A stretch of 64,000 nucleotides of DNA, taken from NCBI GenBank assembly GCA_964016885.1, contig OZ024747.1:10664001-10728000 (forward strand). Direction: 5' to 3'. The position numbers were made by a program, and so were the translations under genes. This stretch comes from Eledone cirrhosa. Its lineage: Eukaryota. A model generated the notes under the pieces. It worked only from the letters and a program-made list of their open reading frames with translations. It ran no database searches and was not told the origin of the DNA. Below are positions 1 to 15,589 of the stretch, piece after piece; within the stretch, counting starts at the first letter, position 1, and each line of letters begins with the position of its first letter.

Positions 1-1220
1 TTGGTGTTGGTAGTGTAGGTGGTAGTGTTGGTGTTGGTAGTGTAGGTGGTAGTGGTGGTAGTGTAGGTGGTAGTGGTAGTGTTGGTGGTAGTGGTGGTAG
101 TGTAGGTGGTAGTGTTGGTGGTAGTGGTGGTAGTGTAGGTGGTGGTGGTGGTGGTAGGTGGTAGTATTGGTGGTGGTGGTAGGTGGTAGTGTTGGTGGTA
201 GTGGTAGTGTTGGTGGTAGTGGTGGTAGTGTAGGTGGTAGTGGTGGTAGTGTAGGTGGTAGTGGTAGTGTTGGTGTTGGTGGTGGTAGAGTAGGTGGTAG
301 TGTTGGTGGTGGTGGTAGGTGGTAGTGTTGGTGGTAGTGGTGGTAGTGTAGGTGGTAGTGGTGGTGGTGGTGGTAGGTAGTAGTATTGGTGGTGGTGGTA
401 GGTGGTAGTGTTGGTGGTAGTGGTAGTGTTGGTGGTAGTGGTGGTAGTGTAGGTGGTAGTGGTGGTGGTGGTGGTAGGTAGTAGTATTGGTGGTGGTGGT
501 AGGTGGTAGTGTTGGTGGTAGTGGTAGTGTTGGTGGTAGTGGTAGTGTTGGTGTTGGTGGTGGTAGAGTAGGTGGTAGTGGTAGTGTTGGTGGTGGTGGT
601 AGTGTTGGTGGTGGTAGTGTAGGTGGTAGTGGTAGTGTTGGTGTTTGTAGTGTAGGTGGTAGTGGTGGTGGTGGTGGTAGGTGGTAGTATTGGTGGTGGT
701 GGTAGGTGGTAGTGTTGGTGGTAGTGGTGGTAGTGTAGGTGGTAGTGGTAGTGTTGGTGTTGGTGGTGGTAGAGTAGGTGGTAGTGGTAGTGTTGGTGGT
801 GGTGGTAGGTGGTAGTGTTGGTGTTGGTGGTGGTAGTGTAGGTGGTAGTGGTAGTGTTGGTGGTGGTGGTAAGTGGTAGTGTTGGTGGTGGTGGTAGTGT
901 AGGTGGTAGCGTAGGTGGTAGTGGTAGTGTTGGTGGTGGTGGTGGTAGTGTAGGTGGTAGTGTAGGTGGTAGTGGTAGTGTTGGTGGTGGTGGTAGTGTT
1001 GGTGGTGGTGGTAGGTGGTAGTGTTGGTAGTAGTGATAGTATTGGTGGTGGTGGTAGGTGGTAGTGTTGGTGGTGGTGGTAGTGTTGGTGATAGTGTAGG
1101 TGGTAGTGGTGGTGGTGGTGGTGGTAGTGTTGGTGATAGTGTAGGTGGTAGTGGTGGTGGTGGTAGTAGTGTAGTTGGTAGTGGTAGTGTAGGTGGCAGT
1201 AGTGGTAGTGTAGGTGGTAG
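1..1220. repeat. Low-complexity GGT/AGT/TGT simple repeat
   Basis: Continuous ggtggtagt/gttggt variants; the G/V/S ORFs here are artefacts. Confidence 0.95.
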
Positions 1221-1295
1221 TTTTAGTGTCTCTCCTTCCTTTCTTCCTTTATAGTCAGCCTCGTTTAGAAATATGCAGTTTCGGCACGCAACGTA

Positions 1296-1790
1296 GTCAC
1301 ACACACATACATATATATATAAATATACATATACACACATACACATGTACATATATACATATAAACATACATATATACACACACATACATACATATATAT
1401 ATATACATATACATATACACATATAAATATACACATACATATACACACATGCATATATACATACACATATACACGCATACAAACATATATATACATATAC
1501 GCATACACATATACATATACACATTCATATACACACATACATATAGATATACACATACACACACATACATACATATACATACATACATTCACACACAGAC
1601 ACTCACACACCTACACATACACATATACACACATACATACACCCACAATATCCATTGATAGCCATCCACACAGAAACATGAATTATACATGTTCTGGCAC
1701 GCCACTAACTACTAAGTCATACACACACATATAATACATACACACACACATACAGATATACATATACATGTACACACACACACACATATA
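1296..1790. repeat. Mixed (CA)/(TA) microsatellite
   Basis: Alternating purine-pyrimidine dinucleotide tract. Confidence 0.95.
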
Positions 1791-1935
1791 GAACCAGTTT
1801 AAAGTCGGTTAGACCATTACTCAACAGAGTACTCAACACGTGGGGAGTAGAGTATGATTATATTATAAAGAGTGGCGACCCCGACGGCTGAACTCTTGCC
1901 GTGTCAGCAGCTACTTCCAGACTATCAAAGGTAAG
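1791..1935 (-). mobile_element. Family-B short element fragment (Penelope-like pLTR, 3' half of a decayed hammerhead)
   Basis: Similar to 5731-5993, 48328-48450 and 50062-50235 (gaccattactc..gagtactc..gaccccgacggctga); abuts a microsatellite. Confidence 0.6.
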
Positions 1936-2033
1936 AACTATATTAACAATTCTCAACGAAAGTAGAGAATTTAAATCACAGTATATATAATTTTGCCATT
2001 AATACCTGTCTCTCTCCCTCTCTTTCTATCTTA

Positions 2034-3096
2034 CTATATAGTCTACCGTATATAACGTCAGATCTGTTATATAGTCTACCGTATATAACGTCAGATGTGT
2101 TATATAGTCTACCGTATATAACGTCAGATGTGTTATATAGTCTACCGTATATAACGTCAGATGTGTTATATAGTCTACCGTATATAACGTCAGATATGTT
2201 ATATAATCTACTGTATATAACGTCAGATCTGTTATATAGTCTACTGTATATAACGTCAGATGTGTTATATAGTCTACCGTATATAACGTCAGATGTGTTA
2301 TATAGTCTACCGTATATAACGTCAGATGTGTTATATAGTCTACCGTATATAACGTCAGATGTGTTATAGTCTACTGTATATAACGTCAGATGTGTTATAT
2401 AGTCTACCGTATATAACGTCAGATCTGTTATATAGTCTACCGTATATAACGTCAGATGTGTTATATAGTCTACCGTATATAACGTCAGATGTGTTATATA
2501 GTCTACTGTATATAACGTCAGATGTGTTATATAGTCTACCGTATATAACGTCAGATGTGTTATATAGTCTACCGTATATAACGTCAGATGTGTTATAGTC
2601 TACTGTATATAAAGTCAGATGTGTTATATAGTCTAGCGTATATAACGTCAGATGTGTTATATAGTCTACCGTATATAACGTCAGATGTGTTATATAGTCT
2701 GCCGTATATAACGTCAGATGTGTTATATAGTCTACTGTATATAACGTCAGATGTGTTATATAGTCTACCGTATATAACGTCAGATGTGTTATATAGTCTA
2801 CCGTATATAACGTCAGATGTGTTATATAGTCTACCGTATATAACGTCAAATGTGTTATATAGTCTACCGTATATAACTTCAGATGTGTTATATAGTCTAG
2901 CGTATATAACGTCAGATGTGTTATATAGTCTACTGTATATAATGTCAGATGTGTTATATAGTCTACTGTATATAACGTCAGATGTGTTATATAGTCTACT
3001 GTATATAACGTCAGATGTGTTATATAGTCTACCGTATATAACTTCAGATGTGTTATATAGTCTACCGTATATAACGTCAGACGTTATACAGTCTAT
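2034..3096. repeat. 33-bp minisatellite (tatatagtctaccgtatataacgtcagatgtgt), about 32 copies
   Basis: Unit read directly; gives the 11-aa periodic ORFs (LYSLPYITSDV). Confidence 0.95.
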
Positions 3097-3204
3097 TTAC
3101 CATATATACCTAAACACTTTGATTTATGTCCCCAGCTTTTCATATATAGTTCTAAGGTTAAACGTTTGTTCACAAGTTGCTATTCCTGGTCTAAAATGTC
3201 TCTA

Positions 3205-3390
3205 GTTTAGTTAAATGGCCGTCTTATGGTTCTAACCTTTGACAACTCCGAGCCATTTCTTTCGTAATGGAAGAAAGATTGCTTTGTTTCGGTTGGTATG
3301 TGCCCTCTCTCATTGTATTACACGAGCTTGTCATTAGATCTAGGCTGTCGTTATCTAATGCTTTTAATGATTCTGATGGTATTTCATCAA
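3205..3390 (-). mobile_element. Decayed LINE (RTE-like) RT N-terminal fragment
   Basis: Minus-strand IDEIPSESLKALDNDSLDLM resembles the GxDxIxxExLKAL segment that precedes LINE RT. Confidence 0.5.
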
Positions 3391-3801
3391 TATATATATG
3401 TACACACACGTACACACACACATATATATAATATACGTACATATATATATATATGTGTGTGTGTGTATGTACGTATGTATATATATATATATATTTTTTA
3501 ATATATATATATGTGTGTGTGTTTATGTATACAAATAAAGACACACAATAATATATGTGTGTGTGTGGGGGTATGTGTATGTGATAGTTACATGTGTGGT
3601 GTATGTCTCCACCTTCTATTCAGCAATTAGAAAATGAACACCCCCAAACCCTATTTTATTCGCCTCATCACCGGACATATGGGCTGATTAACCTCATTTG
3701 CATATGAAGCTGTATAAGTTGGCTCAACTTTAAAGTAGAATTAAAATTTAGCTTTGGGATAGCTCTACACAGTTCACGCTCGAGCAGAGAGGAGGGGCAA
3801 C

Positions 3802-3844
3802 ACTGTCCTGATGAGGGCAGGAGCTCGAAATGTGCATAGACAGT
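3802..3844 (+). ncRNA. Type I hammerhead ribozyme with canonical core
   Basis: actgtc-CTGATGA-gggc(agga)gctc-GAAA-tgtgca-TA-gacagt: 6-bp stem I, 4-bp stem II, quasi-palindromic stem III, AUA cleavage triplet. Lies in a ~350-bp island ending in (TA)n. Confidence 0.85.
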
Positions 3845-3970
3845 TCTTCCCCGCTGCTTCTGCTGGAATCCGCTAGACGGCGTTGGCCGTCAGCCTTTTA
3901 AAATATTTATTCATACTGTATAACTTTGGATAGACGAAATTCACAAAATTTTAATATATATATATATATA

Positions 3971-4167
3971 TGTGTGAATGAAGTAATTCCGTCGGAAAAG
4001 TTCAGGAAAAAAGAGTGCTCTATGTAAGCAACAGAGCTTAATTATTATTATGTAATAAACAACATAAGGCAATTATTCCATTTACCAGTGGTTTCTTAAA
4101 AGCAAAAGGTTTTGCTTTTAAGAAACCACTGGTAAATGGAATAATTGCCTTATATTGTTTATTACAT

Positions 4168-4174
<7 letters not shown>
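3971..4174. mobile_element. Family-A element with ~65-bp-arm fold-back palindrome (4043-4174)
   Basis: Arms mirror about gg at 4108-4109 with one mismatch. The right arm has GAAA-ccactgg-TA-aatgg, as at 44004-44020. Flanked by (TA)n. Confidence 0.8.
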
Positions 4175-4255
<81 letters not shown>

Positions 4256-4369
4256 TCGAAAGTGATAAGAAGTAGTTTACTGCAATAAGTCTTATATTTT
4301 GAGCTGTAGTAACTTCTTCACGTACCCTTATCTGCTTTCTTATTAGAAAACGATTCATTGTAAACAACT

Positions 4370-5330
<961 letters not shown>

Positions 5331-5730
5331 GAGGCGGGGAGAAAGAATTTGTAATGAATACAACAAACAATCAAATCGCTGGCTGTGAAAACTAAATTTG
5401 CCAACAATTTCGAAAATCTCACGTGGGACTTGTCTATCTGATGTCGCTAACACTACAACAGAATCTATTTTGGTTGTTGTTTTTATATCGATGATACAGC
5501 ACGATTTTGGAAGTAGTTCTGTGTTTAAATACAGCCACTCGTAGTATTAGGAGCAGCTTTCCTACAGGAATTTTATGAATTCTTCGAAAAGGATATATGT
5601 CCGAAATATTGGTGGTGGTGGTGGTGGTAGTGGACCTTGTAAAATCTAAGTAGAACAGCTTGTCTCTAATTTAACCAAAATTATACAGCATCTGTGTTGG
5701 TATATATATAACAAAGAGGGATGTGATAAG

Positions 5731-5993
5731 AAACCAGGTGGACCATAACACACCAGAGTACTCGATTCTTGGGGTAGTAGAGTGGGTAATATGAAAAGAT
5801 TCAGGACCCCGACGGCTGAGCTCCGGTCCGGCCGTTTCGACAGCTAGAGCTAGCTGTCGAAACGGCTGGAGCTCAGCCGTTGGGGCCCTGAATCTTTTCA
5901 TATATATATGAAAAAGTCGGCTGAGCTCTTGCCATTTCATATGCTACTACCCTAAGTATCGAGTACTCCGGTGAGTAATGGTCTAACAGGTTT
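5731..5993. mobile_element. Family-B element pair in inverted orientation with inner palindrome 5789-5903
   Basis: Imperfect ~50-bp outer inverted repeats. Inner palindrome centred on gacagctag-ag-ctagctgtc, followed by GAAA-cggctg(gagct)cagccg-TT. TA-flanked. Confidence 0.75.
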
Positions 5994-6329
5994 TTACTGC
6001 ATCAATATATATATATATATACATATGTGTGTGTGTATATATATGGTTATATATGAACACTACTTCGTTTAAACATCCATAGGTTTGCTGTTCTCTGTAT
6101 AGTTTAGCCGTGATTTATAGCTATACTCTAACTATTTCGGTGTGCAGGTGTTCTTATATGGTAGGAAATTCTTGTGTTCCTTAAATCTTTCACTTTTAGT
6201 ATTTTTGCTGTTGAAGAATACGATCACGAATATAAGCGGCCGAAATGGTATTCCTTCGAAAGGTCTTTGGAGTAACGTTATTCCATAAAGTGCATAACTC
6301 AGAGATCAGCAAGTTACTCCAAGTATGGG

Positions 6330-6500
6330 AGGTCACAGCTCCAATATTATGGGCATGTGGTTAGAATGACTCAGTAAGAATTGCTGAGCAAAACCAACTG
6401 GCAGGTGACCCAGGCGTAGACTCCGAGGAAGATGGTTGGATAACATCCATGAGCTTGGCTGGAGGGCATGCTTGAGGACTCTGACCCCACAACTCTCTCA
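6330..6500 (+). mobile_element. Decayed LINE 3' fragment (related copy at 40830-41070)
   Basis: Both copies share ..tattatgggcatgtggttagaatg..ccaactggcagg..gtagac..gttggataaca.., which is GHVxR/RPxGRPxxRW-like. Confidence 0.55.
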
Positions 6501-7892
6501 GGTATGAGTGGGTGCAGGTGATGTGTGCAGCTTCTATTATGCCAAATGTAGTTTTGTGTTTAACATCTTATTGAATAGACCTATGATCAAATGCATTCCA
6601 GCCATGACCATCTCATCATTTTTAGGTATGCTTGACCCTTGTCTACATCTAATCAATGTTTAAGCCGTTTGAGGAAGATTTGGCTATTTTTTCCTAGTGC
6701 ACCCAGTGGTAGAGGCTACCTCGTGCTGTTTATAAATGGTGACCGTCGGCAGTTTGACAAAACTAGTGATTTCCAATATAATGGAATACTCTTCAAATTG
6801 TACACCACAAGGGATTAAAAAAAAAATTAATAAATAAAAAAACAATTCAAGGCTTTAGAGAATCCATATTAATGCTTGAACATTTTCAAAACTGTTAATC
6901 ATAATTCTGTTAGGCACAAGTATGACTAAACATGGCAAGCAATAGTTTTCTATATTTTCCCCTAAATTTCAAATAGCAATATAAAACCTTCCAGTATTTT
7001 TATCTCGACGGCTCCACGAAGTCAGGAAAATAAATTGAAACCCACTGATAATATATTGATGTTTTATTTCTGTAGATTGTTTTCTGAATATATTTGCATA
7101 TTTCTGTATTTATTTTATTGGGAGCATTGAGTGACTGGTTGTGTAATGTTGTATGAAGTTTTCTGAAATTTCAATCTGAAAGAGAAACTGCTTCACAGGG
7201 TTGACCATACTAGACGGACAACTGACCTTTTGGTAACAAAGATATCACAGAGTTGACCACACTGGACAACTGACCTATTGGTAACAAAGATATCACAGAG
7301 TTGACCACACTGGACAACTGACCTTTCTGTAGCCTACTTCAAAGAGAATGAAACAACAAAAAAGGTAAAAGCTACAAGAGAAATAAAAGCTCAGTCTAGA
7401 CGACTGAATAACAAGAAAAGAGACATTTTATAGAAATAATTCATTTAATGAGTTGAAATTGTTTGTTTTTTCTGTTGTTTTCTTTCTTTTTTTTTTCGAT
7501 TGCTTTTTTTCTTTTTTGTGGTAATATTTTGTTTCACAGAACTGCCCAGAAATGTGGAGGAGAATTTCCAAAAAACTTTCACTCACACAAACACACATTC
7601 ACTCACAGATGAGAGGGGGAGGAGGGGTTTTACAGAAATCAGGATAACAAAATCCCATTCACATCAGCCAGCCCCAACCGGTTCCTTCAACAATGTTTTA
7701 TTTTATTTTGTTGTTGTTGTTGTTTGCTTGTTTTTTAAAAACTATATTTGTCAACTTTTCAATCCACTTTCACATGCTTTGCAACCAATATACAATTTAG
7801 GACAAACTCCTTGTTTTTCTTTTAGATTAGATTAGATTTCCTTTACACTAATAACAAAATATACACGGTTTCAAATGTTACATGACCTTAGG

Positions 7893-7927
<35 letters not shown>

Positions 7928-8859
7928 CCCCTGAACCGTCTGCTGCTGATGCCGTATATCACATGACATAACCCCCCCTTCCCCTTGAAACAGTCGGGGT
8001 TTTGGTGTCCTATCACTTGACACCAAAAATGTCAAACACCCCCACAAGACACACAAATCACCTGAACGTACAGTTAAGCTCTAACCACACAACTTTCCTG
8101 TGTAAAGCCACAACACAACTCAGTGGATGTTTGCAGCAAAACAGTTTTTACTCAGTCAAACTCAATCACTTCTGCCCCATAATGGGAAAAAAATGATATG
8201 AAAAAAAAAGAAAGAAAAATGCCTGTTGAGCATTACTTGAGAGAGTGGAGTGATGGAGGCTGGTGGTGGTCATTGGCTGCTGTCACCTGGTACATAAAAC
8301 TGTACTAGATGTACCACAACAGCATTACTTGAGAGAGAGAGAGAGAAGTGATGGAGGGTGGTGGTGGTGGTAATAGGGGTGTCATTTGCTCCTGTCACCT
8401 GGTACATAAAACTGTACTAGATGTACCACAGCAACGTTCCGCACGATGTAGCAAGAACAACTTTTTTTCTCTTCTTTACATATGGACACACACACACACA
8501 CATATATATATACACACACACACAAAATAACAAAGCGCCATGGGTATTTCTTTCTTCTTCTCCACAGAGATAATAATATATAACTGCTTCAGAATAAAAT
8601 AAATATCAAGATTTCGTCTTTGCCTGTCTGTCGGGTGGGGGTGGGTGGAAACTCTCAAGGAGGACAGGGTGGGGAGGGGGAAACTCTCAAGGAGGACAAA
8701 CAATAACATGATTAAGCACAGTTGATACTTGACCTTGTTCCATATCAGGTGTCTACACGGTGCCTAGGTATGTTCTGGGCTGTAATTCGATATATATATA
8801 TATATATAGACATACATGCAGTATACACGCACACACACATATGCATGTGGATATGTATG

Positions 8860-8908
<49 letters not shown>

Positions 8909-9155
8909 ATACACACACATACAGACACGTTATACAAGTATTGATATATACCCAGGGGTAGATGCACAAAGCCATGGACAGATAGACACACCCACAGCTA
9001 CACACATACAGACATATATACATACATGTATACCGTCATGATGTAATATTTCAAAGTGTTTCTACTTACAAAATAACATTACACACACACACAAGTTCTA
9101 TACATAAATCCAGGAGAATGGCAAGGAAGAATCACATGGCTTCCTTTATCTTGTT

Positions 9156-9186
<31 letters not shown>

Positions 9187-9820
9187 AAATTCTTTTGCAC
9201 CTTTCTCCCATATCACCTTAATTATTATTATTATTATATGCAACAAATAAATAATTTAGCAGCGAGTAACAAAACACACAGAGAAACACATACATACATA
9301 TATGGACACTCACATATATAGGATGGCGGCAACTCGAATTCAAGTAATGCCATCACTTGATACTTAAGTAGGAACATCACTGATGTGGCTTTTTAGTCCT
9401 GCTAAGGTCTTGCCTATGGCCAGCAATACCACACATTACAAAAAATGTCACAAATCAAGCGATGCCTGCGCCTCAAGTTATTGTAAGTGAGGAAAGGTTT
9501 TGCATGGGGCCAATCCCACTCTCTGAACCCCGAAAACATTTACCCCCCCCCAAAAGAAGAACTGGTCTACATCATTGGATACAAACGATGTCGCAGGTTT
9601 TACATCAGAGTGACCTCCTATACATACAATATAGACATATTTGAATATGAATACATGACATACAACAATATAGACATATCTGAACACATGACATACAGCA
9701 ACATGTTCTGGAATAAGTCATGTAAATAATAAATAACAAAAAACAAAAAAAAAAAAAAAAAACCCCTCATGGACCTGTCTGTGTATGTGTGCATAGATAT
9801 ATGTATATATGTACACACAT

Positions 9821-9862
<42 letters not shown>

Positions 9863-10119
9863 GCAGTTGTTGAAAAGAACCTTCAGTTTCACAGATAAGA
9901 TACACAAGGACACACACACACATCAACACCCACCACCACCACCCATTAATCTGACCACACATAGCTAGCCTGGTCACAGAGAAACCTACATCATATCAAG
10001 AATAAAAGGAGGAGGAAATCTTCCTGTCACACAAACCCTACCACCCAGTCCATTCCTGGTCGGCCCCCAACTATGTGAAAAAGAAAAAAAATCATGCCCA
10101 GGTACATACACATTTGTAT

Positions 10120-10891
<772 letters not shown>

Positions 10892-11005
10892 GCCATTACC
10901 ATAACAGAAATCTGATGAGCTTTTAATTCCAGAGTCGGGCCAGACCGATACAGATCGAACCTTGAGCTGATCAATAGTGAAACGCGTCACCAATCAATAA
11001 ACGTA
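10892..11005 (+). mobile_element. Pseudo-LTR-like fragment with degenerate hammerhead
   Basis: CTGATGA at 10912, then GAAA-cgcg-TC (palindromic stem III) and AATAAA. Stem I halves are not complementary. Follows (TA)n. Confidence 0.5.
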
Positions 11006-11009
11006 ATGA

Positions 11010-11350
11010 AGGCACATGGCTTAGTGGTTAGAGCATTGGCCTTGCAATCGAAAGGTTGTGAGTTCAATTCTCAGACCAGATGATGTGTTGTTTCCTTGAG
11101 CAAGACACTTTATTTCACATTGCTCCAGTTTACTCAGCTGTAGAAATGAGATGATAGGGACTGGGGTCCATATTATTCCACTGCGAAGTGGTCGTGGAGG
11201 TGCCACGGCAAAAAAGTACCCAGCACTCACTGTAAATGAGGTTGGTGTTAGGAAGGGCATCCAGCTGTAGAAATCAAGCCAGAATTAGTTCCTGTCCCAC
11301 CCTTGCAAGCAGGGAAAAAGCGGACGTAAAATGAAATGATGATGATGATG
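11010..11350 (+). mobile_element. tRNA-derived SINE with (GAT)n tail (other copies 34725-34840 and 50640-50895 on minus)
   Basis: A-box-like tggcttagtgg, B-box-like gttcaattc, body cttgagcaagacactttatttcacattgctcc, ends in gatgatgat. Confidence 0.75.
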
Positions 11351-14259
11351 AAGGCTTAACAAATCGTCCTTGTATTATTAAATATATATGCGCCCTATAC
11401 TTATGTAAGACTACATTGTGTGCACAGGATACTTTCTAATTTTATGACAGTAATGTGGTGTAATTCGAGAGGTATATGGCTGCTGTTTCAAGCAAAACAA
11501 AGAACTATATACATGACATAAACAGATGTAATAAGGACTTCCTTTCCATAGGCCAGCCATATTTATCATCACTATTAACATAAGGGTTGGAGTGGCAGAA
11601 CTGGTAAAGCATCGCCCAGGTACACCTTGGCATATTATACTTTGTTTAAAAGCTGCCCTTAATTCTTCTGAAGGTTGATAGAATGAAATACCAAGTGATT
11701 CACTTGATATACAAAGCAATATTCCTTTCACTCAACCTTCTAGCCTTATACCTTTGTAAGAATTAATCATGATGATGATCATCATCATGGCAAGGAAGTG
11801 GTAGAATGGGTCAAATGTTGACTGACACATCATATATCATTTAGATATATTTATTGACACTCAAAGCTAAATTCCCACAACAGATGAACAAACCATTTAT
11901 CAAACCAAAGTAAGTAGCAAGCAATACACAATGGTCGTTTCAGGAATTCAACTTTAACCAATTGTATTTTTCCTTTGAACCAAACTTAGAACTCAATTAC
12001 ATCAGGTTCTCACCTTTTGTATAATGCAATAAAAGTATGGATTGAATTGATGCAGCTTACTCACACACACAGACTCACACTTACACACACACACATATAT
12101 ATATTACAGATTTTAAAATGGACGGCCAATAGGTGTGTATATATACAGTGACAGAACATTCACGCTATAGTAGAAATGAAGAAACAGCCAATTGCTCAGA
12201 CATGCACCAATGATAAACCTACTAATGCTTTAAAAGATTCTGCCCTCATCAAAACACCAATCTGAAGACAAGGATAAAATGGTCAACCAAAAGGTTTATT
12301 TTCGAATTAAACTGTTTAACATCCTTTCAACAAGAGACCAGAATTGTACTGCTACAAGTAAGAAAAAATTAAATAAATATAAAAGTGAAGAACTTAGATG
12401 GTACCAATAAATGAAAGACAGTGCCAAAGAAATTTCTAGATGTGAAAGTCTTTAATAAAGTAATTTCAACATTTATATTATGTCTGAGTATATTTCTATT
12501 AATAGTGCCTTATAAATATATTAAGTTTGAAATAACCAAGAATTTGGAGGGATTTAGGTAAAAATAAGTATTTTTTTTGTCATTAAATGTTAGTACATCA
12601 TCATATCATTCAGCTTCAGGAGTAGATGGTCAGAATCCTTCCCCACCAACTGTAACCTTCACAATCAGTTGCGGTCAGTGTCATCAACCCAGCACCACTC
12701 CACTGCAGTAACAGCCACAATCCTTCTCCACCTACTGTAAATTTCATAATCAGTTGTGGTCTTGAGGTCAGTGTGATTAACTCTGGCCATTTATGGGATT
12801 TCAGTCGCAAGGCAGAATTTGAACTGAGAATGTGAAACGACAGCACAATATTTTATCCAAGTCGTAATGACCGACAATTTGCTACATCTATAGTAGAAGT
12901 AGAACTTTAACCTGTTGTTTGGAACATAACTTAAAAAGATTCTTTACGTGAAATTAAATGGCTGGTTTTCATGTAAATATGGGTATTTTAAATAAAACAA
13001 GGCATTTAAAAATATTTTTTGGTATCATTACTATTGGTACCAGGTGGTCTTTGATAGGTTCTGATAACACAATCACTTTCTTCTTTCATCTCAAAGATAT
13101 TTTATCCTATTTGCATCTTCCAAATGAAAAACTTTACCCAACTTGATAGATTAACATAATCTGTGTTATCTAAATACTGCCGTGAGATACAGCAAACTGT
13201 TGTAGCTCGTCAATATAGCATTTCTACCAGCTTCAGATACTAAATTCTTAGATTGGCACAATACCAGAAATTTATGAAGGAATATACCAGAATTGAACCA
13301 CGTATATTACTGCTATTTAACGATGAGACCACTAAGGTTAACATGACTATAAATTTGAGATGAAAGGATTATAATTAATTAACTCAAAGCCAGTAACTGA
13401 CTGTTACTTAATCTTATTAAACTGAATAAAAACAAATTACACACACACACAGGTTGTGTGTGCAATTCCTGGGCTGGGCAATGTGTTATGTCCTTGTGCA
13501 AGACACTTTATTTCATGTTGCTACCTTCTGCCAGGAGTTGTGATAGTTAATAGACCACTATTACCCATCTTCAAGTTTACATTGGCCCCTTATTTACAGT
13601 ATTTAATAAGAAGGCACTTAATAAATTGGCCAATTCCATATGTGATGTTCAGTACGTCTGGCGAGCCAGTCTTGCACATCTGGTGAGCCAGACTTGCACA
13701 TCGTCCGACGCTCTTCCAATTCTACTGCCAACCCACAATAATAACAGTACATATTATGAAGAGTACTGTCAATATAATAGAAACAGCACCACCAAAACCC
13801 ATACTGCACTTACCAAGGTGCACAGAACTGCAATTGGTAATGCAGTGATGATGTACAATAACAATAAGACCAATAATAATAATGATTCCCACAAGGCCAG
13901 AAATGGGTAGGTGAGTTGATTAAATCTGCCCCAGTACATTACTGGTATTTTATTTTATTGACCCTGAAAGGATGAAAGGCAAAACTAACCGTAGCTGGAT
14001 TTGAACTCAGAACATAAAGGGATGTAACTAAATGCTGGTAAGCATGTTGTCCGGCACTCTACTGATTCTACCAATCCACCTTAATTAATAATATAATTAC
14101 TTAATAACTTTCAATAAAACTAATTACCACAATTATGTCTATTATTTTACCAATTCCTCAACTTTCTATTGAAGATGATGATAAGAGTAACTCTGTGACT
14201 GGATGCTAGGACACCACAACTGTCCCCACCTCTTCACCCATTACATTCTTCTTACTTGG

Positions 14260-14410
14260 CTCACACAACTTCACATAACACAACCCACACAACTTCACAT
14301 AACATGACCCACACAACTTCACATAACATGACCCACACAACTTCACATAACATGACCCACACAACTTCACATAACATGACCCACACAACTTCACACAACA
14401 CGACCCACAC
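14260..14410. repeat. 24-bp minisatellite (cacacaacttcacataacatgacc), about 6 copies, in the probable 3' UTR
   Basis: Read directly. Confidence 0.9.
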
Positions 14411-14711
14411 AGCTTTCCTTTCTTGTTAATTTAGCATGAAGAGCAAACGTATAGAATGGTGGAGAGGAGGAGTAAAGAAGGAGACTCTCCCCGCCACCTT
14501 CTGCTCTGTAAAACAACAACAACAACAACAACACAAAAACAGAAAAAAAAAAAAAATGTCCCCTTCGAAACATGGTTATGATGACAGGCAGTATTTGATG
14601 TACAGTTAAAAATAATAATAATAATAAAATTTTAATTTAAAAAAAAAATGCGATCTTTTAAAATATAAAATGAAAGGTTGGAACAACAACAACAACAATA
14701 ATAATAATAAT

Positions 14712-14930
14712 GATTTCTGATTTAGGCACAAGGCCAACAATTCTGGAGGGGAGGGGAAAGTCGATTAAATCGACCCCAGCGCATTACTGGTACTTTATTT
14801 TATCGACCATGTAAGGATGAAAGGCAAAGCTATCCTCAGCCAGATTTGAAACCTGAACGTAAAGGGACGTAACCCCATGCTGTGAAGCATAGTGTCCGAC
14901 GCTCTACCGATTCTGCCAATCCACTGCCCT
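14712..14930 (-). mobile_element. Abundant tRNA-derived SINE, just after the Smad stop codon
   Basis: Shared core ctggtactttattttatcgaccc..aggatgaaaggcaaag..gatttgaactcagaa. At least 15 copies or fragments in the window, e.g. 13885-14082, 31500-31820, 34418-34605(+), 36883-37012, 40320-40490, 42480-42580. Confidence 0.85.
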
Positions 14931-14973
14931 AACAATAATAATAATGATAATAATAATACAGTATTAACATTTA

Positions 14974-15503
14974 TCACCTATTGACATTCAACAAAATTTC
15001 AATCCAGCATGGACAAGAGGTTATGAACTGTCTTGAGTAACAAGGACCCCAGCCTTTTGCAAAGCTGATCCGTATGGAGCTGGGGTCATAGGGCCCATCT
15101 AAATACTGAGGATCTCGGATCGCTTCAAACTGTTCCGAACATTTGTAGTCAAAGATTTTGATTGAATATCCGGGCATAACTTTCCGCACCACCAGCGCTC
15201 GGCTGTTGGGAGTCTCTAGTGTTGGCGAGTTAACGAAAATAGGGCAAGATGAACGGTTGTATGCCCACACACCATTGCCTTCTTTGCTTAGTATAATTCC
15301 AAGTCCTAATTTCTCGCGGGTTCGCCGAACAGCCTCCTGGCTGGACTCAGTCTGTAGAATATCGAGGCACATGCCATCACCATGAGGTAAGAGTTGAAAT
15401 ATGTTTATGGCTGGTTGTTGCACACGGAATAACCGTCCCACTCGCTCCTTCATTTCCCAGTATGCAATGCTGCACCAGTAATTCTGCGTACCATTAACAC
15501 CAT
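14974..15503 (-). CDS. SMAD6/7: Inhibitory Smad (Smad6/7) last coding exon, MH2 domain
   Basis: [81 protein letters not shown], with no C-terminal SSxS. Acceptor tttcttatttccatAG at 15504-15505, TGA at 14974-14976, phase 1. Confidence 0.96.
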
Positions 15504-15589
15504 CTATGGAAATAAGAAACAAAATGGAAACAATGAAAACCAATACAATTTCAAGAGTATAATACAAATAACAATTACATTGACAATGG

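Noticed and set aside
11010-11085. tRNA gene
   Set aside because: The A/B-box head runs on into a SINE body and does not form a full cloverleaf.
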